A stretch of DNA of 64,000 nucleotides from the human T2T-CHM13v2.0 reference genome, Homo sapiens, in NCBI RefSeq assembly GCF_009914755.1, contig NC_060928.1. One strand, 5' to 3'. Both the position numbers and the translations under genes were made by a program. How positions within the stretch are numbered: position 1 is the first letter of the stretch; each line of letters opens with the position of its first letter. Below are positions 1 through 15,579 of this stretch, in pieces. Below the pieces are notes generated by a model that ran no database searches, was not told the DNA's origin, and worked only from the letters and a program-made list of their open reading frames with translations.

Positions 1-1320
1 TTCTTTAATTCTTTGTGTGAATTTGAGTTATTGTCTGATAACATTTCATTTCAGCCTGAAGACTCCATTTGGTATTTCTTTTAGGGGGTGTGCCAGCAAC
101 AAATTCTGTCAGCTTCCATTTATCTGAAAATGTCTTAATTTCTCCTTTATTTTCAAGGAATAGCTTTGCTGATTCTGGAATTCTTGATTGGCAGTCTGTT
201 TTTTCAACACTTTGAATAAGTCATCCCCCTCCCTCTGACCTCATGATTTCTATTAACCTTTTGGAGGATTCCTTCTATATGATATGTCACTTTTTTCTTG
301 CTGCCCTCAAGATTTTCTTTTTGTCTTTGGCTTTCAACAGCTTGACTGTGATGTGTCTAGGTGTGCATCTCTTTGCATTAATCTTACTTAGAGTTTGCTG
401 AGCTTCTTCTTTCTGTAATGTTTTTTCATCAAATTTGGGATGTTTTCAGCCATGATTTCTTCAAATATTCTCTTTTCTCCTTTCTCTTTCTCCTCCGCTT
501 CTGGGATTCCCATTATGTGTATGTTGGTATACTCGACAGTGTCCCCTAGATCTCTGAGGCTCTGAATACTTTTCTTCATCCTATTTTCTTTCTGTTCATC
601 AGACTGCATAATATCAATTGACATGTCTTCAAGTTAACTGATTCTTTCTTCAGCCAATTCAAATTTTCTTTTGGGCTCCTCTAGAAAGTTTTTCATTTCC
701 ATTATTGTAATTTTCAAATCCAGATTTCTACTCGGTTTGTTTTTATAATTTCTATCTCTTTATTGATGCTCTCTATTGGGTAAGGCACTATTCTTATACT
801 TCCATTTAGTTCTTCAGACATAGTTTGCTTTATTTCTTTGAACATATTTAAAATAGCTAATTTAAAAATTTTATCTAAGAAGTCTAATGCCTTGGCTTCC
901 TCAAGAACAATTTCTTTTTCTATATATGGGCCATTTTTTTATTATTTGCATGTCTCAAAATTCTTTGCTGAAACCAGATATTTTGTATGATATAATGTGA
1001 CAACTATGAAGATCAGAATTCCTACCCTGAGGGTTTGTTTAGTGATTTTCCAAGACTAATTCTCTAAACTCTGTATTCTTTGTACACTGAAATCTCAGCC
1101 TAATTAGCTGAGTGGTCAGGTAATGTCTGGACAAAAATTTTCTTAAGTGCCTTGAACCAATAAATCTCCAACCTTTGCCAAGGCCCTCTGTACATGTGTT
1201 GAGGCATAATTTTAATGCTCAAGCAGTCAATTTACAAATCTGTGTTTAGCCATCACTTCCTGCTTGTGTAGAGCCTCAAGGTCACCCAAAGGTAAGAGCT
1301 TGTAGAATCTCAACTCTTTT
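1..1320 (-). mobile_element. Old L1 (L1M) fragment, ORF1 region
   Basis: ORF 388-624 translates to an L1 ORF1p-like sequence (SLRDLGDTVEYTNIHIMGIPEAEEKEKGEKRIFEEIMAENIPNLMK). Confidence 0.8.
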
Positions 1321-1329
1321 TTTGGCAGT

Positions 1330-2572
1330 GATAGTTTACCAATTCTAAAACTACTTTCAATGTACTATGGGATTAAGCAAATAGGTACATAATTCTGGAT
1401 AATGGGAGCTAGGTTTCTTACTGTGGAAGCAGCGAGTCAAATATGGAAAGAGAAAGTCTAGAATAAACCTGTAGTGTTAGACTGAAATTGGAGGTATATG
1501 TATAAACTCACAGGTTTTAACAGACAAAGAAGAAGTATAGATTTCTTACTCTGTCCATTGAGATGACCTAGAAGCCATAACACCCAGTAACAATGCATGT
1601 ACCTAGTATACAGATCTTACTTTGAAATACATTCTGCTGCTATGGAAGTAGGGCTCCTTAAAGAAGTGGCTGATTGCAAGGCTCAGGCAAGCAAATGAAT
1701 AAAATGAACCTGGAATATCTTTTTATGCCAGAAAGTAAGGAAATTTTCAAAGAATGATATGAACATGTCAAAAGGACACAAGAAGTGGCTTACAAGGCTC
1801 CCAAGGGTCAAATCTGGAATCACTAATGCCTCAAAATAAACAATAAAGAAATAAATTATAGCACTTTGAGTAAAACAGGAATTCATAAATCCATACTGAT
1901 ATAAATATATAAATGGGGAAAAAATAAAGCTCTTCTTTATAGTAAAATGCCAACAAATAAAGGTTAAAAAATAGAGTTAGAAAATCACCATTTGATAAGC
2001 ATCATAGTAAAACTGGTTCAGGAATCATCAATAGATGTTAAAACTATTAAGTGAGAGTTTGATGAGAAATAGGTAAGAGTTTGATGAGGAATGAAATATC
2101 TATTTAGTCTTAAAGTAATTCTCAAAAAATATTTACTTTACATGAGTTAAAACTAGAAGTCACCACCTCAAGTTAACATAATCATTTATGAGATAAATAC
2201 CTTGTTACTCTTAACATGATATATTAAGAACCTATCACTTCTATAGTACTCCTGCCAAAATATTAAACAAACCTTCAGATATTCATAATATATATAAACC
2301 CATAACTGAAGCATATTCTACAAAATAAATAACCTGTACTCTTCAAAAAAAAAGTAAAGATTAAAGAAGACAAATACTGAAGAACTGTTCCAAATTAAGA
2401 GATTCTAAAGAGACATGCAACTAAATGCAACATGTAATATCAGACTGAACTCTGAATCAAAAATCTTTTTTTCTATAAAAGATACAATTGAGGTAATTAG
2501 CAATATTTTTCATAATAATGAATGAAATGCCCTGATTTTAATAACTTCATTATGGTTATAAAAAAGAATGCC
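1330..2572 (+). mobile_element. Old L1 3'-end (L1MC/MD-like), resuming at ~9675-9905 after the younger L1 insertion
   Basis: Typical L1MC 3' motifs (agagacatgcaactaaatgcaa...; tggttataaaaaagaatgcc / tgtcttgttattagaacacttacactgaactacttaggggtaaa). Confidence 0.65.
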
Positions 2573-2984
2573 TTTTTTTTTTTAAGTTCCAGGGTATATC
2601 AGCAGAATGTGCAGGTTTGTTACATAGGTAAACATGTGCCATGGTGGTTTGCTGCATATTAAGCCCCACATGCATTAGCTATTTTTTTCTGATGCTCTCC
2701 ATCCCCCAAACCTACCCCCAACGGGCCCCAGTGTGTGTTGTTCCCCTCCTTGTGCCCATGTGCTCTCATCATTTAGCTCCCACTTATAAGAACATGTTGT
2801 GTTTGGACTTCTGTTCCTGTGTTATTTGCTGAGGATAATGGCTTCCAGCTCCATCCATGTCCCTGCAAAGGACATGACATTGTTCCTTTTTATGGTCAAT
2901 CCTTTTTATGGCTGTATAGTATTCCATGGCATATATGTGTCACATTTTCTTTATCCAGTCTATCATTGATGGCAGTTGGGTTGA

Positions 2985-3344
<360 letters not shown>

Positions 3345-4648
3345 ACATGTATCTTTATAATAGAGTGATTTATATTCCTCTGGGTATATACCCAGTAATA
3401 AGATTGCTGGGTCAAGTGGTATTTCTGCTTCTAGATCTCTGAGGAATCACCACACTGTCTTCCACAATGATTGACCTAATTTACATTTCCACCAACAGTG
3501 TAAAGGCATTCCTATTTCTCTGCAACCTTGCCAGCATCTGTTGTTTCTTGACTTTTTAATAATCGCCATTCTGACTGGTGTGAGATGGTATCTCATTGTG
3601 GTTTTGGTTTGCATTCCTCTAATGATCAGTGATGAGCTTTTTTGTATATGCTTGTTGGCTACACAAATATCTTCTTTTGAGGAGTGTCTGTTCATGTCCT
3701 TTGCCCCTTTTTTACTGGGGTTGTTTTTTATTGTAAATTTGGTTAAGTTCCCTATAGACTTTGGATATTAGACCTTTGTCAAATGGATAGATTGCAAAAA
3801 TTTTCTCCCATTCTGTAGGTTGTCTGTTTGTGCTGATGATAAGTTTCTTTTGCTGTGCAGCAGCTCTTTAATTAGATCCCAGTTGTCAATTTTTGCTTCT
3901 GTGTCAATTGCTTTTAGCATTTCTGTCACGAAATTTTTGCCTGTGCCTATGTTCTCAATGGTATTGCTCAGATTTTCTTCTAGGATTTTTATAGTTTTGG
4001 ATTTTACATTTCTTTAATCCATATCTTGAGCTAATTTTTGTATAAGGCATAAAGAAGGGGTCCAGTTTCAGTTCTCTGCATATAGCTAGCCAGTTCTCCC
4101 AGCACAATTTATTAAATAGGGAATCCTTTCCCCATTGCTTGTTTTTGTCAGGTTTGTTGAAGATCAGATATGCAATGTTATTTCTGAGTTCTATATTCTG
4201 TTCCATTGGTCTACATTTCTGTTTTTCTACCAGGACCAAGCTGTTTTGGTTAATGTAGCCTTGTAATATAGGTTGAAGTCAGCTAGTGTGATGCCTCTAG
4301 TTTTGTTCTTTTTGCTTAGGATTGTCTTGGCTATACAGACTCTCTTTTGGTTCCATATGAATTTTAAAATAGCTTTTACTAATTCTGTGAAGAATGTCAA
4401 TGGTAGTTTAAAGAAAATAGCATTGAATCTATAAATTACTTTAGGCAATATAGCCTTTTTTCATGATATGGATTCTTCCTATCCATGAACATGCAATGTT
4501 TTTTCATTTGTTTGTGTCCGTTCTGGCTTCCTTGAGCAGTGGTTTGTAGTTCTACTTGAAGAGGTCCTTCACTTCCCTTGTTAGCTGTATTCCTAGGTAT
4601 TTTATTATTTTGGTAGCAATTGTGAAAGGGAGTTCATTTATGATTTAG

Positions 4649-4987
<339 letters not shown>

Positions 4988-7900
4988 AAATGCCTGTGAT
5001 TTTTGCACATTGATTTTGCATCCTGAGATTTTGCTAAAGTTGCTTATCAGCTTAAGAGGCTTTTGGGCTGAGACAATTGGGGCTTTCTAGATGTAGAATC
5101 ATGTCACCTGCAAACAAAGATAATTTGACTTCCTCTCTTCTTATTTGAATAAACTTTATGTCTCTCTCTTGCCTGATTTCCCTGGCCAAAACTTCCAATA
5201 CTATGTTGAATAGGAGTGGTGAGAGAGGGCATCATTGTCTTGTGCCAGTTTTCAAAAGGAATGCTCCCAGGTTTTGCCCATTTAGTATATCGGCTGTGGG
5301 TTTGTCATATATGGCTCTTATTATTTTGAGGTATGTTCCTTCAATATGTAGTTTATTGAGAGTTTTTAACATGAAAGGATGTTGAATTTTATCAAAGGCC
5401 TTTTCTGTGTCTATCAAGATAATCATGTGATTTTTGTATTTAGTTCTGTTTACATGATGAATTACATTTATTAATTTGCATATGTTGAACCAACCTTGCA
5501 ACTTGATCGTGGTGGATAAGCTTTTTGATGGGCTGCTGGATTTGGCTTGCCAGTATTTTTTGAGGATTTTTTGCATCAATGCTCATCAGGGATATTGGTC
5601 TACAGTTTTCTTTTTTTGTTATCTCTCTGCCAGGTTTTGGTATCAGGATGATGCTGGCCTCAGAAAATGAGTTAAGGAGGAGTCCCTCCTTTTCATTTTT
5701 TTGGAATAGTTTCAGAAGAAGTAGTATCAGCTCCTCTTTGTACCTCTAGTAGAATTTAGCTGTAAATCTGTCTGGTCCTGGGCTTTTTTTGGTTGGTAGG
5801 CCTCGATTTCAGAACTCATTATTACTGCTTCAATTTCAGAACTCGTTATTGGTCTATTCAGCGATTCAACTTCTTCCTGGTTCAGTCTTGGGAGGGTATA
5901 TGCATCCAGGAATTTATCCATTTCTTCTAGATTTTTGTAGTTCATTTGCACAGAGGTGTTTATAGTATCCTCTGATGGTTGTTTGTATTTCTGTGGGGTC
6001 AGTGATGAGATCTCCTTTATCATTTCTGATTGTGTCTATTTGATTCTTCTCTCTTTTCTTCTTTGTTATTCTAGTTATCAGTCTATCTATTTTATTAATT
6101 TCAAAAAATAGCTTCTGGGTTCATTGATTTTTTGAAGGGTTTTTCATGTCTCTATCTCCTTCAGTACCATTCTGATAATATTTCTTGTCTTCTGCTAGCT
6201 TTAGGGTTTGTTTGCTCTCGATTCTCTAGTTCTTTTAGTTGTAATGTTAGAGTGCAGATTTGAGATCTTTCTAGCTTTTTAATGTGGGCATTTATTTCTA
6301 TAAATTCGCTCTTAACACTGCTTTAGCTGCATCTCAGAGATTCTGGTACATTGTCTCTTTGTTCTCTTTAGTTTCAAAGAACTTCTTGATTTATGCCTTA
6401 ATTTCATTATTTACCCAGGAGTCATTCAGAAGCAGGTTGTTCAATTTCCATATAGTCGTGTGGTTTTGAGTGACTTTTTAAATCTTTAGTTCTATTTTGA
6501 TTACGCTGTTGTCTGAGAGACTGTTCATTATGATTTCAGTTCTTTTCATTTGCTCAGGAGTGTTTTGCTTCCAATTATGTGATCAATTTTAGATAAAGTG
6601 CCATGTAGTGCCAAGAAGAACGTATATTCTGTTGTTTTGGGGTAGAGAGTTCTGTAGATATCTATCAGGTCCAGGTGATTTAGAGCTCACTTCAGGTCCT
6701 GAATACCTTTGTTAATGTTCTGTCTTGATGATCTAATATTACTAGTGAGATATCAAAGTCTCCCACTATTATTGTGTGGGAATCTAAGTCTCTTTGTAGG
6801 TCTCTAAGAACTTGCTTTATGAATCTGGGTTCTCCTGTATTGGGCCCATATATTTTTAGAATACTTAGCTCTTCTTGTTGACTTGAATCCTTTGCCATTA
6901 TATAATGCCCTTATCTTTTTTGATCTTTGTTGGTTTAAAGTCTGTTTTGTCAGAAACTAGGATTACAACCCTTGCTTTTTTCTGTTTTCCATTAGCTTGG
7001 TAAATGTTCCTCCATCCCTTTATTTTGAGCCTGTGTGTGTCTTTGCCTGAGATAGGTCTCTTGAATACAGCACACCGATGGATCTTGACTGTTTATGTGG
7101 CCTGCTATTCTGTGTCTTTTATTGGGGCATTTAGTCCATTTACATTTAAGGTTAATATTGTTATGTATAAATTTGATCCTGTCATCATGATGCTAGCCAG
7201 TCATTTTGCAGACTCCTTTATGTAGTTGCTTCACAGTGTCATTGGCCTGTGAACTTCAGTGTGTTTGTGTAGTGGCCGGTAACGGTTTTTTCTTTCCATA
7301 TTTAGTGCTTCCTTCAGGAGCTCTGATAAGGCAGGCCTGGTGGTGACAAATTCCCTCAGCATTTGATTGTCTGTAAAGGATTTTATTTCTCCTTCACTTA
7401 TGAAGCTTAGTTTGGCCAAATATGAAATTCTGGGTTGGAAATTCTTTTCTTTCAGAATGTTGAATATTGGCCCCCAATCTCTTCTAGCTTGTAGGGTTTC
7501 TGCTGAGAGGTCCACTCTTTCTCTGATGGGCTTCCCTTTGTAGGTGACTTGGCCTTTCTCTCTGACTGCCCCTTAACATGTTTTCTTTCATTTTGACCTT
7601 GGATAATCTGATGATTATGTGTCTTTGGGTTGATCTCATGTAGTATCTTACTGGGGTTCTCTGGATTTCCTGAATTTGAATGTCAGCCTGCCTTGCTAGT
7701 TTGGGGAAGTTCTCTAGGATGATATCCCGAGGTATGTTTTCCAACTTGGTTCCATTCTCCCCATCTCTTTCATGTATGCCAGTCAGTCATAGGTTCAGTC
7801 TTTTTACATAATCCCACATTTTTCAGAGGTTTTGTTCATTCCTTTCCATTTCTTTTTCTCTAATCATGTCTGCCTGTCTTATTGCAACAAGATACTCTTC

Positions 7901-10900
7901 AACTCTGAGATTCTTTTCTCCACTTGGTTTGTTTGGCTATTGACACTTGTGATTGCACTGTGAAGTTTTCATGTTGTGTTTTTCAGCTCCATCAAGGTGT
8001 TTATGTTTCTCTTTAAACTTGTTATTCTGGTTAGCAGCTCCTATAGTTTTATCATGGTTCTTAGTTTCTTTGCATTGGGTAGAACATGCTCCTTTCGCTC
8101 AGTGAAGTTCATTATTGCCCACCTTCTGAAGCCTACTTCTGTCAATTCATCCATCTCAGTCTCAGCCCAGTTCTGTGTCCTTGCTGAAGAGGTATTGCAA
8201 TCATTTGGAGGAGAAAAGGCATGGTGGCTTTTTGAGTTTTCAGCATTTTTGCATTGATTCTTTCTCATCTTTGTGGGCTTATCTTCTTTTGATCTTTGAG
8301 GCTGCTGGACCTTTGGATGGGGTTTTTTGTGGGGTCTTTTTTGTTGATGTTGTTGTTGTTGCTGTTTGTTTGTCTCTTAACATCAGGGCCCTCCTCTGTA
8401 GGGCTGCAGTTTTCTGGGGGTCCACACCCTATTCACCTAGGTCCCTCCCCCACCTGGAGGCATCACAAATGGGGGCTGCAAAACAGCAAAGATGACAGCA
8501 TGCTCTTTCCTCTAGAAGCTCTGTCCCAGAGGGGCACCGACCTGATGCCAGCTGGAACACTCCTGTATGAAGTGTCTGGCAACCCCTATTGGAAGGTCTC
8601 ACCCAGACAGGAGGAACAAGATCAGGGACCTGCTTAAAGAAGCAGTCTGGCCACTCCTTGGCAGAGCAGGTGTGCTGAACTGGGATGAATCCCCCTTGTC
8701 TAGACTGTCCAGACTCTCCAGGGCCAGCTGGCAGGAAAGAGTAAATACAGTGCACTGCAGAGATTGTGGCTGCCCCTCCCACCAGGGGCTCTGTCCCAGG
8801 GAGATCAGAGTCCTGTCCATAAACCCCTGGCTGGAGTTGCTGAAATTCCCATGGGGAGGCCCTGACCAGTGATGAGGGATGGATCAGGGTCCCACTTGAA
8901 GCAGTCTGGCTACAGTCTGCCACACCCACTGTGCCGTGGTGTGGGGAATTCTTCCCAGTACAGACCAGTCTCTCTGGCACTGGCAGAAGAAAACAGCCAA
9001 CTGTAGCTGCAGAGATGGCAGCCACCCCTCCCCTGGGGAACTCAGTCATCTTAGGCAGTCTCCAGCCTGCTGCTGCTAGGCAGCAGAGATTCCAAGCCAG
9101 TGGGTCTTAGCTAGTGAGGTTCCATGGGAGGGGGGCCCACTGAATGATGCTGCTTGGCTCCCTGGCTTCAGCCCCCTTCCTACAGGAGTGGATGATCTCC
9201 TGCCTCACCAGAATTCCCTGGGCCAGAGTATGAAAAACAACTCCTGCATCTCAGTGCCTGCCCAAGTGGCCACATGCCTGAGTGGCTGCCAACCTGAGTG
9301 GCCCCCGTCAGCCTGCACAGCTCTGTGCTTGGGGATCCAAGGCCCTGGTGGTGTGGGCTCACGAGGGGATCTCCTGGTCCATGAGTTGCAAAGATCCATG
9401 AGAAAAGTGTAGTTTCCTGGACAGGGTAACACAATCACTCACTGCCTCCTTTGGCTAGGGAAGGGAGCTCCCCTTGCCCCATGCAGCTCCCAGGTGGGCC
9501 ATCATCACCCCACTCTGCTTTTCCTCACTCTCTGTGGGTTGCACCAACCGCCTAGTCAGTCCCAATGAGAGAACCTGGATACCTTAGTTGAAGGTGAATT
9601 CACTTGCCATTTTCATTCTTCTCAGTGAGAGCCACAGACCACAGCTGCTTCTAATTGGCCATCTTCAGCTAGTGTTTAATGTCTTGTTATTAGAACACTT
9701 ACACTGAACTACTTAGGGGTAAAGAGGCGTCATGTCCAAAATGTACTCCCAGATGATTTAATAAAAATAATAATATAAATATATGGGGAGAAAAAATGAT
9801 ACAACAAATGTGATAAAATGTTAACACCTGCAAGATCTGAGTGAAGGATAGGATTATTATTATTGTAAGTTTTTCTATAAGTCTGAAACTATTTCAAAAT
9901 ATTAAATTATTTTTTAAAAAGAAACATCTAACTGGGAACAATGAATGAATTAGATCTAATATACTCATGCGGTTAAATCTGGAAAATATAACAGTAAGCA
10001 AAAAACCAAGCAACATATACACCAGATAATATTTATTTAAATTTTTAAAATCATAAAACAATATATATTATTATTCATATATGAATATGTAATGAAGGTT
10101 TAATGTTTATTGTGGCAAAGGGAGAGGAATGAAGACAGGAGAATGGGGCAAACATCGTAATAACATATTTCTTTTAAAATAAAGCTCATTCCAATGTGAC
10201 GAAATTTTAACCTGTGTTTTATCTGTGTGATGGGTACATAGGTATCCATTACTATTTTCACAGTATCTATGTGTTTGAAATATGTTACAATTAAAATGTT
10301 TTAAGAAAAAAGATTTTAATGCTTCAAAGGATCTAAAACCCCAAAAACTTCCCAGTGTAGCTACTGCCACAAACCAAATGGTTTTTGAAGGTGCTTACGT
10401 CTAAGCCCAAAGATGTAGTCACATACCAACAAATAACTATAGAATACTGGGAATAAAGATCAAGATAAATACTGAGAATGCCTTTTCTTTGCCCAAGGTG
10501 TCTCTTCAGCCTTTCCTCAAATATATGCTTAGTTTTAGAATTTTCCTCACTAGAATTACTTCTTCTACATCTCATTAAAGCACAAAAATACCATAGGTTC
10601 GAACTACTATGTATTTCTGTCTTATAATTGAGTAAAATCAGACATACCATCTATCTTCATTGTCTGTATTCATGGATAACACATACATTTCAACTGTCTC
10701 AGTGAAATCTTGACAACTCTGGTCAGGTTTGAAATTTAAACTCTGGATGAAATGAATTAGCTATATTGTAACTGATATTTCAGTCAGAGAGAAGCTCCTT
10801 ATTTTTTTAATAATCATTTCTGGAATAAATGATGTTTACATTCTCAGATACAAATTCTTTTAAAAATAAAATGTTTTTTCTTTTCAAATTAAGAAAAATA

Positions 10901-10929
10901 ATATCTATGTATTATTTATGATTATACAC

Positions 10930-11285
10930 TGTGGCAGAGACTCCTAATAATTTATACCCATTCCTTCTTCTTCTGAGATACACAGACTATATTTCCCATT
11001 CTCCCTGGCAGTTAAGTATGGCCATGTGACTGGCTATAGCTCCAAGCCTGGCCTACAAAAACTTCCAAGCATAATTCCCCATCCTCTTCTGCCAGCTTGA
11101 TACACTTGACAACAAGGCCCTAGAGGATGACAGAAGCACAACTGGAATAATCCTGTGTCCCTGAATCTCAGCATGAAGGAAAGTCACTTAACAAGAATGT
11201 CCATGTGAATGAGGAAAAATAATTCTACTGTATTAAACCACTAAAATTTGGGGGTCTATTTGTTACCACAATTAGTGTTCCATTA
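10930..11285 (+). mobile_element. MLT1-type MaLR LTR (old)
   Basis: tgtggcagagac start, ggccatgtgact motif, aaaccactaaaatttggggg...tttgttacc end. Confidence 0.7.
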
Positions 11286-11397
11286 ACTAAAACGTGTAAT
11301 CATTTTTTTCTTGGAGAAATAAGCCAGGAAAAAAAGAAACCCATATGTAAATCATAAACAATTTTCCAATTGTCAATATGAAATACATTATACTTAC

Positions 11398-11562
11398 AAA
11401 TTGAGGTTTGTGGTATGCTGGACCAAGTGTACTGTCACAAGCAGGTGGAAAACATTTTATAATACTGCCATCATCATTAATATGATAACCATATGACTTT
11501 CCACAAGAAGGAATTGAAGGAACATCAACACTTCTGGTAAGTGTAGGTGATCTTGAAATTTT
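11398..11562 (-). CDS. STPG2: STPG2 coding exon 3 (KISRSPTLTRSVDVPSIPSCGKSYGYHINDDGSIIKCFPPACDSTLGPAYHKPQF), 165 nt
   Basis: Acceptor ttttccttgcag|AAA and donor TTT|gtaagt, phase 0/0, cumulative 387 nt. No further exon was recognised; the gene presumably continues beyond the left edge of the window. Confidence 0.95.
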
Positions 11563-11694
11563 CTGCAAGGAAAACATTTTATATTATTTATTCCAAGGCA
11601 AGAGGAAGGGGAATGAAGAACCAAATATTAAAAGTTACTAAAAGGCAACTATTAAATATTGATTTAATGAGTTTCATGATATAAAACAAAAATG

Positions 11695-12034
<340 letters not shown>

Positions 12035-12751
12035 TGAATTCAAGTCTGTTGCTTCACCTTTAAACCAAGAGAATGTATTTCTATTAAATTTAGAATAGAA
12101 TAGAATAGATAACTATTAAAGTCATCATAAGAAGCAAGGATTCTTTCTCGTTTGGGTCAGTTATTTATCTTGCTTAGTAAAGCCATCATTACTAATTCTA
12201 AAAACAGGCAATCCTATTCACATCAACAATCATGCTATTACACTATCTGCTATGCACAAACAAACTTTGTATTTTTCAGTAATACTTTCTGGCTTCATTC
12301 CTTCCCAGCTCCTGACTTTTTGTTTCCACATTTCCTGAGTCTTGTATAAATGTCCTAAGTATGAAAGCTATATAGCAGGAAAATATCTATGATGTAATGC
12401 TAAATGGAAATAGCAAAATATAAAAGTGAACTATGAATATAGCTGTTATGTGAAATTATATATAAATGTATAAAGTCACATACATATATAATTTAATACC
12501 AAAAGAAGCTATACAAAAATTAACAGAAAATTAATGTTAGAGTCAGAAGTTTTAGGGTGATTATCCTTTTATCGAAATTTGGATTAATGGAAAATATTTT
12601 ATAATTTAAATAAAAACATGAAGGTGTAATATATATTACAAATATTAATATAAAATGTATCAAATAAAAGTACTGGCATTTAAAGCATTTAGTTACTGGG
12701 ACACTGAAATTATTAAGAATATATTGATTCCTGAAGTTTCTGCATGAATAA

Positions 12752-13450
<699 letters not shown>

Positions 13451-13608
13451 AGAATTTTATTTTTTATCAAATTAAAGACAACCATTAAGTAGTTTCAGTA
13501 ATACCTATGGGATTAATTACCAAATTAAAATAAGAAACCATTGAACGGCTTTCCCTCCTTTCCATATATTTAAAAAGAATTTGTGTGATGTCAAAACTTT
13601 CCAAAATA

Positions 13609-14029
<421 letters not shown>

Positions 14030-15420
14030 CTATCAAACACTTCAGTGTCTTTATTCATGTGGTTTTTTCTGCACATAAAGTGGGAAAAAATATTTTTTCC
14101 CATTCTTTTTAACTACTATTTTTTCCCATTCTTTTTAACTACTCGGTGAATCCTTCTTCAAGATCAGGTCCAATTTGTTTCCCCCATTCCCTCCAAAGAC
14201 TCTCTACTTTGAGCTACTAGTGAACACTGTATTATGGCTCTAAGATAGCATTTCATTAACAGTATTATACTGAATTTCATTCGTTATTTTCCTGTTAAAA
14301 TTATACATCTCAGGAAGCAATGATTTTTTCTATGTATTACCAACATCTAGCATTATGTATGGCCACACAGTCACTCAAAATATATTTGATAAACTCCCTA
14401 AGTAAATGAACATTTACTTTGTCCCCACACACGAAATATCTGCAATTTAAATATACTTACAAAATTTAACCTCATTGTCATTGCACTGATATTATTCAAC
14501 AAAGTACTTAGCCTTAAAATATATCTTCCTAAGCAAAAAGCTGATTAAAATGTAATATGAGCTACATGAAAAAGTTATGACAAGAGAAGGAACCACTCTA
14601 AACAAACAGTGACCAAATCTGCTCAATAATAGCATTTATTTCAAAGAGGTAGCCTTTGATGTAAAAATTATTAATTATATAGCACCCAATGTACCTTTCT
14701 AAACATACCACATACTAGTATTCTGCACAAATTCTTCATTTCAATTAAAATAACCTTCTCACTACCTTCCATAAAAATCCCACTTCTGTATCTTCACTCA
14801 TGTAATACTCCAGTTTGGGATCCAGATCCCAACTCTATTCTTCAATGCCATGTCAAAACCCACCTCCTCTATAAATCTTCCATAAATTATGCCTTCACAT
14901 AATATAGTAGTCCACCTTTAAATTCCTATGGCATTTCATTACATGATCATTCATTTAGCAACTGTCACATTTTGTCTTGAATTAGCAGCTACCTATTTGT
15001 CTACCTCCCATATAAATTTTAAGCTTTTTTACTTCAGGAATCATATTTTTAACTTATATTATTTATATTTTTTCCTTCCTTGCCACCAGGAAGGAAACAT
15101 ATTATTAACAGTACTAACACAGAGTTTCCTCTATACATAGGTAAACCACTCAGGTAGTTTGTAAAATTTCCCTTACTTTTTATTCACCACAGATGTTGAA
15201 AGTGACTATAGATTTGCTAGGAGCAAAAAATGAAGTTAGATATGAATACAGTTAAAAACTAAAGTTTATTTACTTATAAAATAACTAAAATGTAAACACT
15301 AATAAATTAATTTTTATAGGAAGGCTTTTTAAATGTACTTCATATCACATAAAATATTAAACCTTTACTATTTTAACTAAAAAATGTCATTAACAAGTAT
15401 AATTTAAAATATAAACGTAC

Positions 15421-15579
15421 TGACTGAAGATGCTCTCTGGTCTCTAATACTTTTCTGTTCATGATATCTTGTGTTCTAGGATAAAACTGATCATAGCTTG
15501 CTGGTCCTGGATTATCTGAAATAAACTTCTTAAAACGTTTCTCCCGGTTTTGTAGACTATGGCCTCCTTTTATGTTACA
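15421..15579 (-). CDS. STPG2: Candidate additional in-frame STPG2 cassette exon (CNIKGGHSLQNREKRFKKFISDNPGPASYDQFYPRTQDIMNRK[VLETREHLQS])
   Basis: Polypyrimidine acceptor ttttttccctccattttag|TGT, phase 0, no stop codon, PGPASY repeat. Two in-frame donors: AAA|gtatta (129 nt) and TCA|gtacgt (159 nt). Confidence 0.65.

Noticed and set aside
8429-9049. 206-aa ORF, the longest in the track
   Set aside because: Lies in the GC-rich L1 5'UTR and has no recognisable domain. Most likely a chance ORF.
11287-11577. 96-aa ORF as a stand-alone gene
   Set aside because: It is STPG2 exon 3 plus intronic read-through on both sides.
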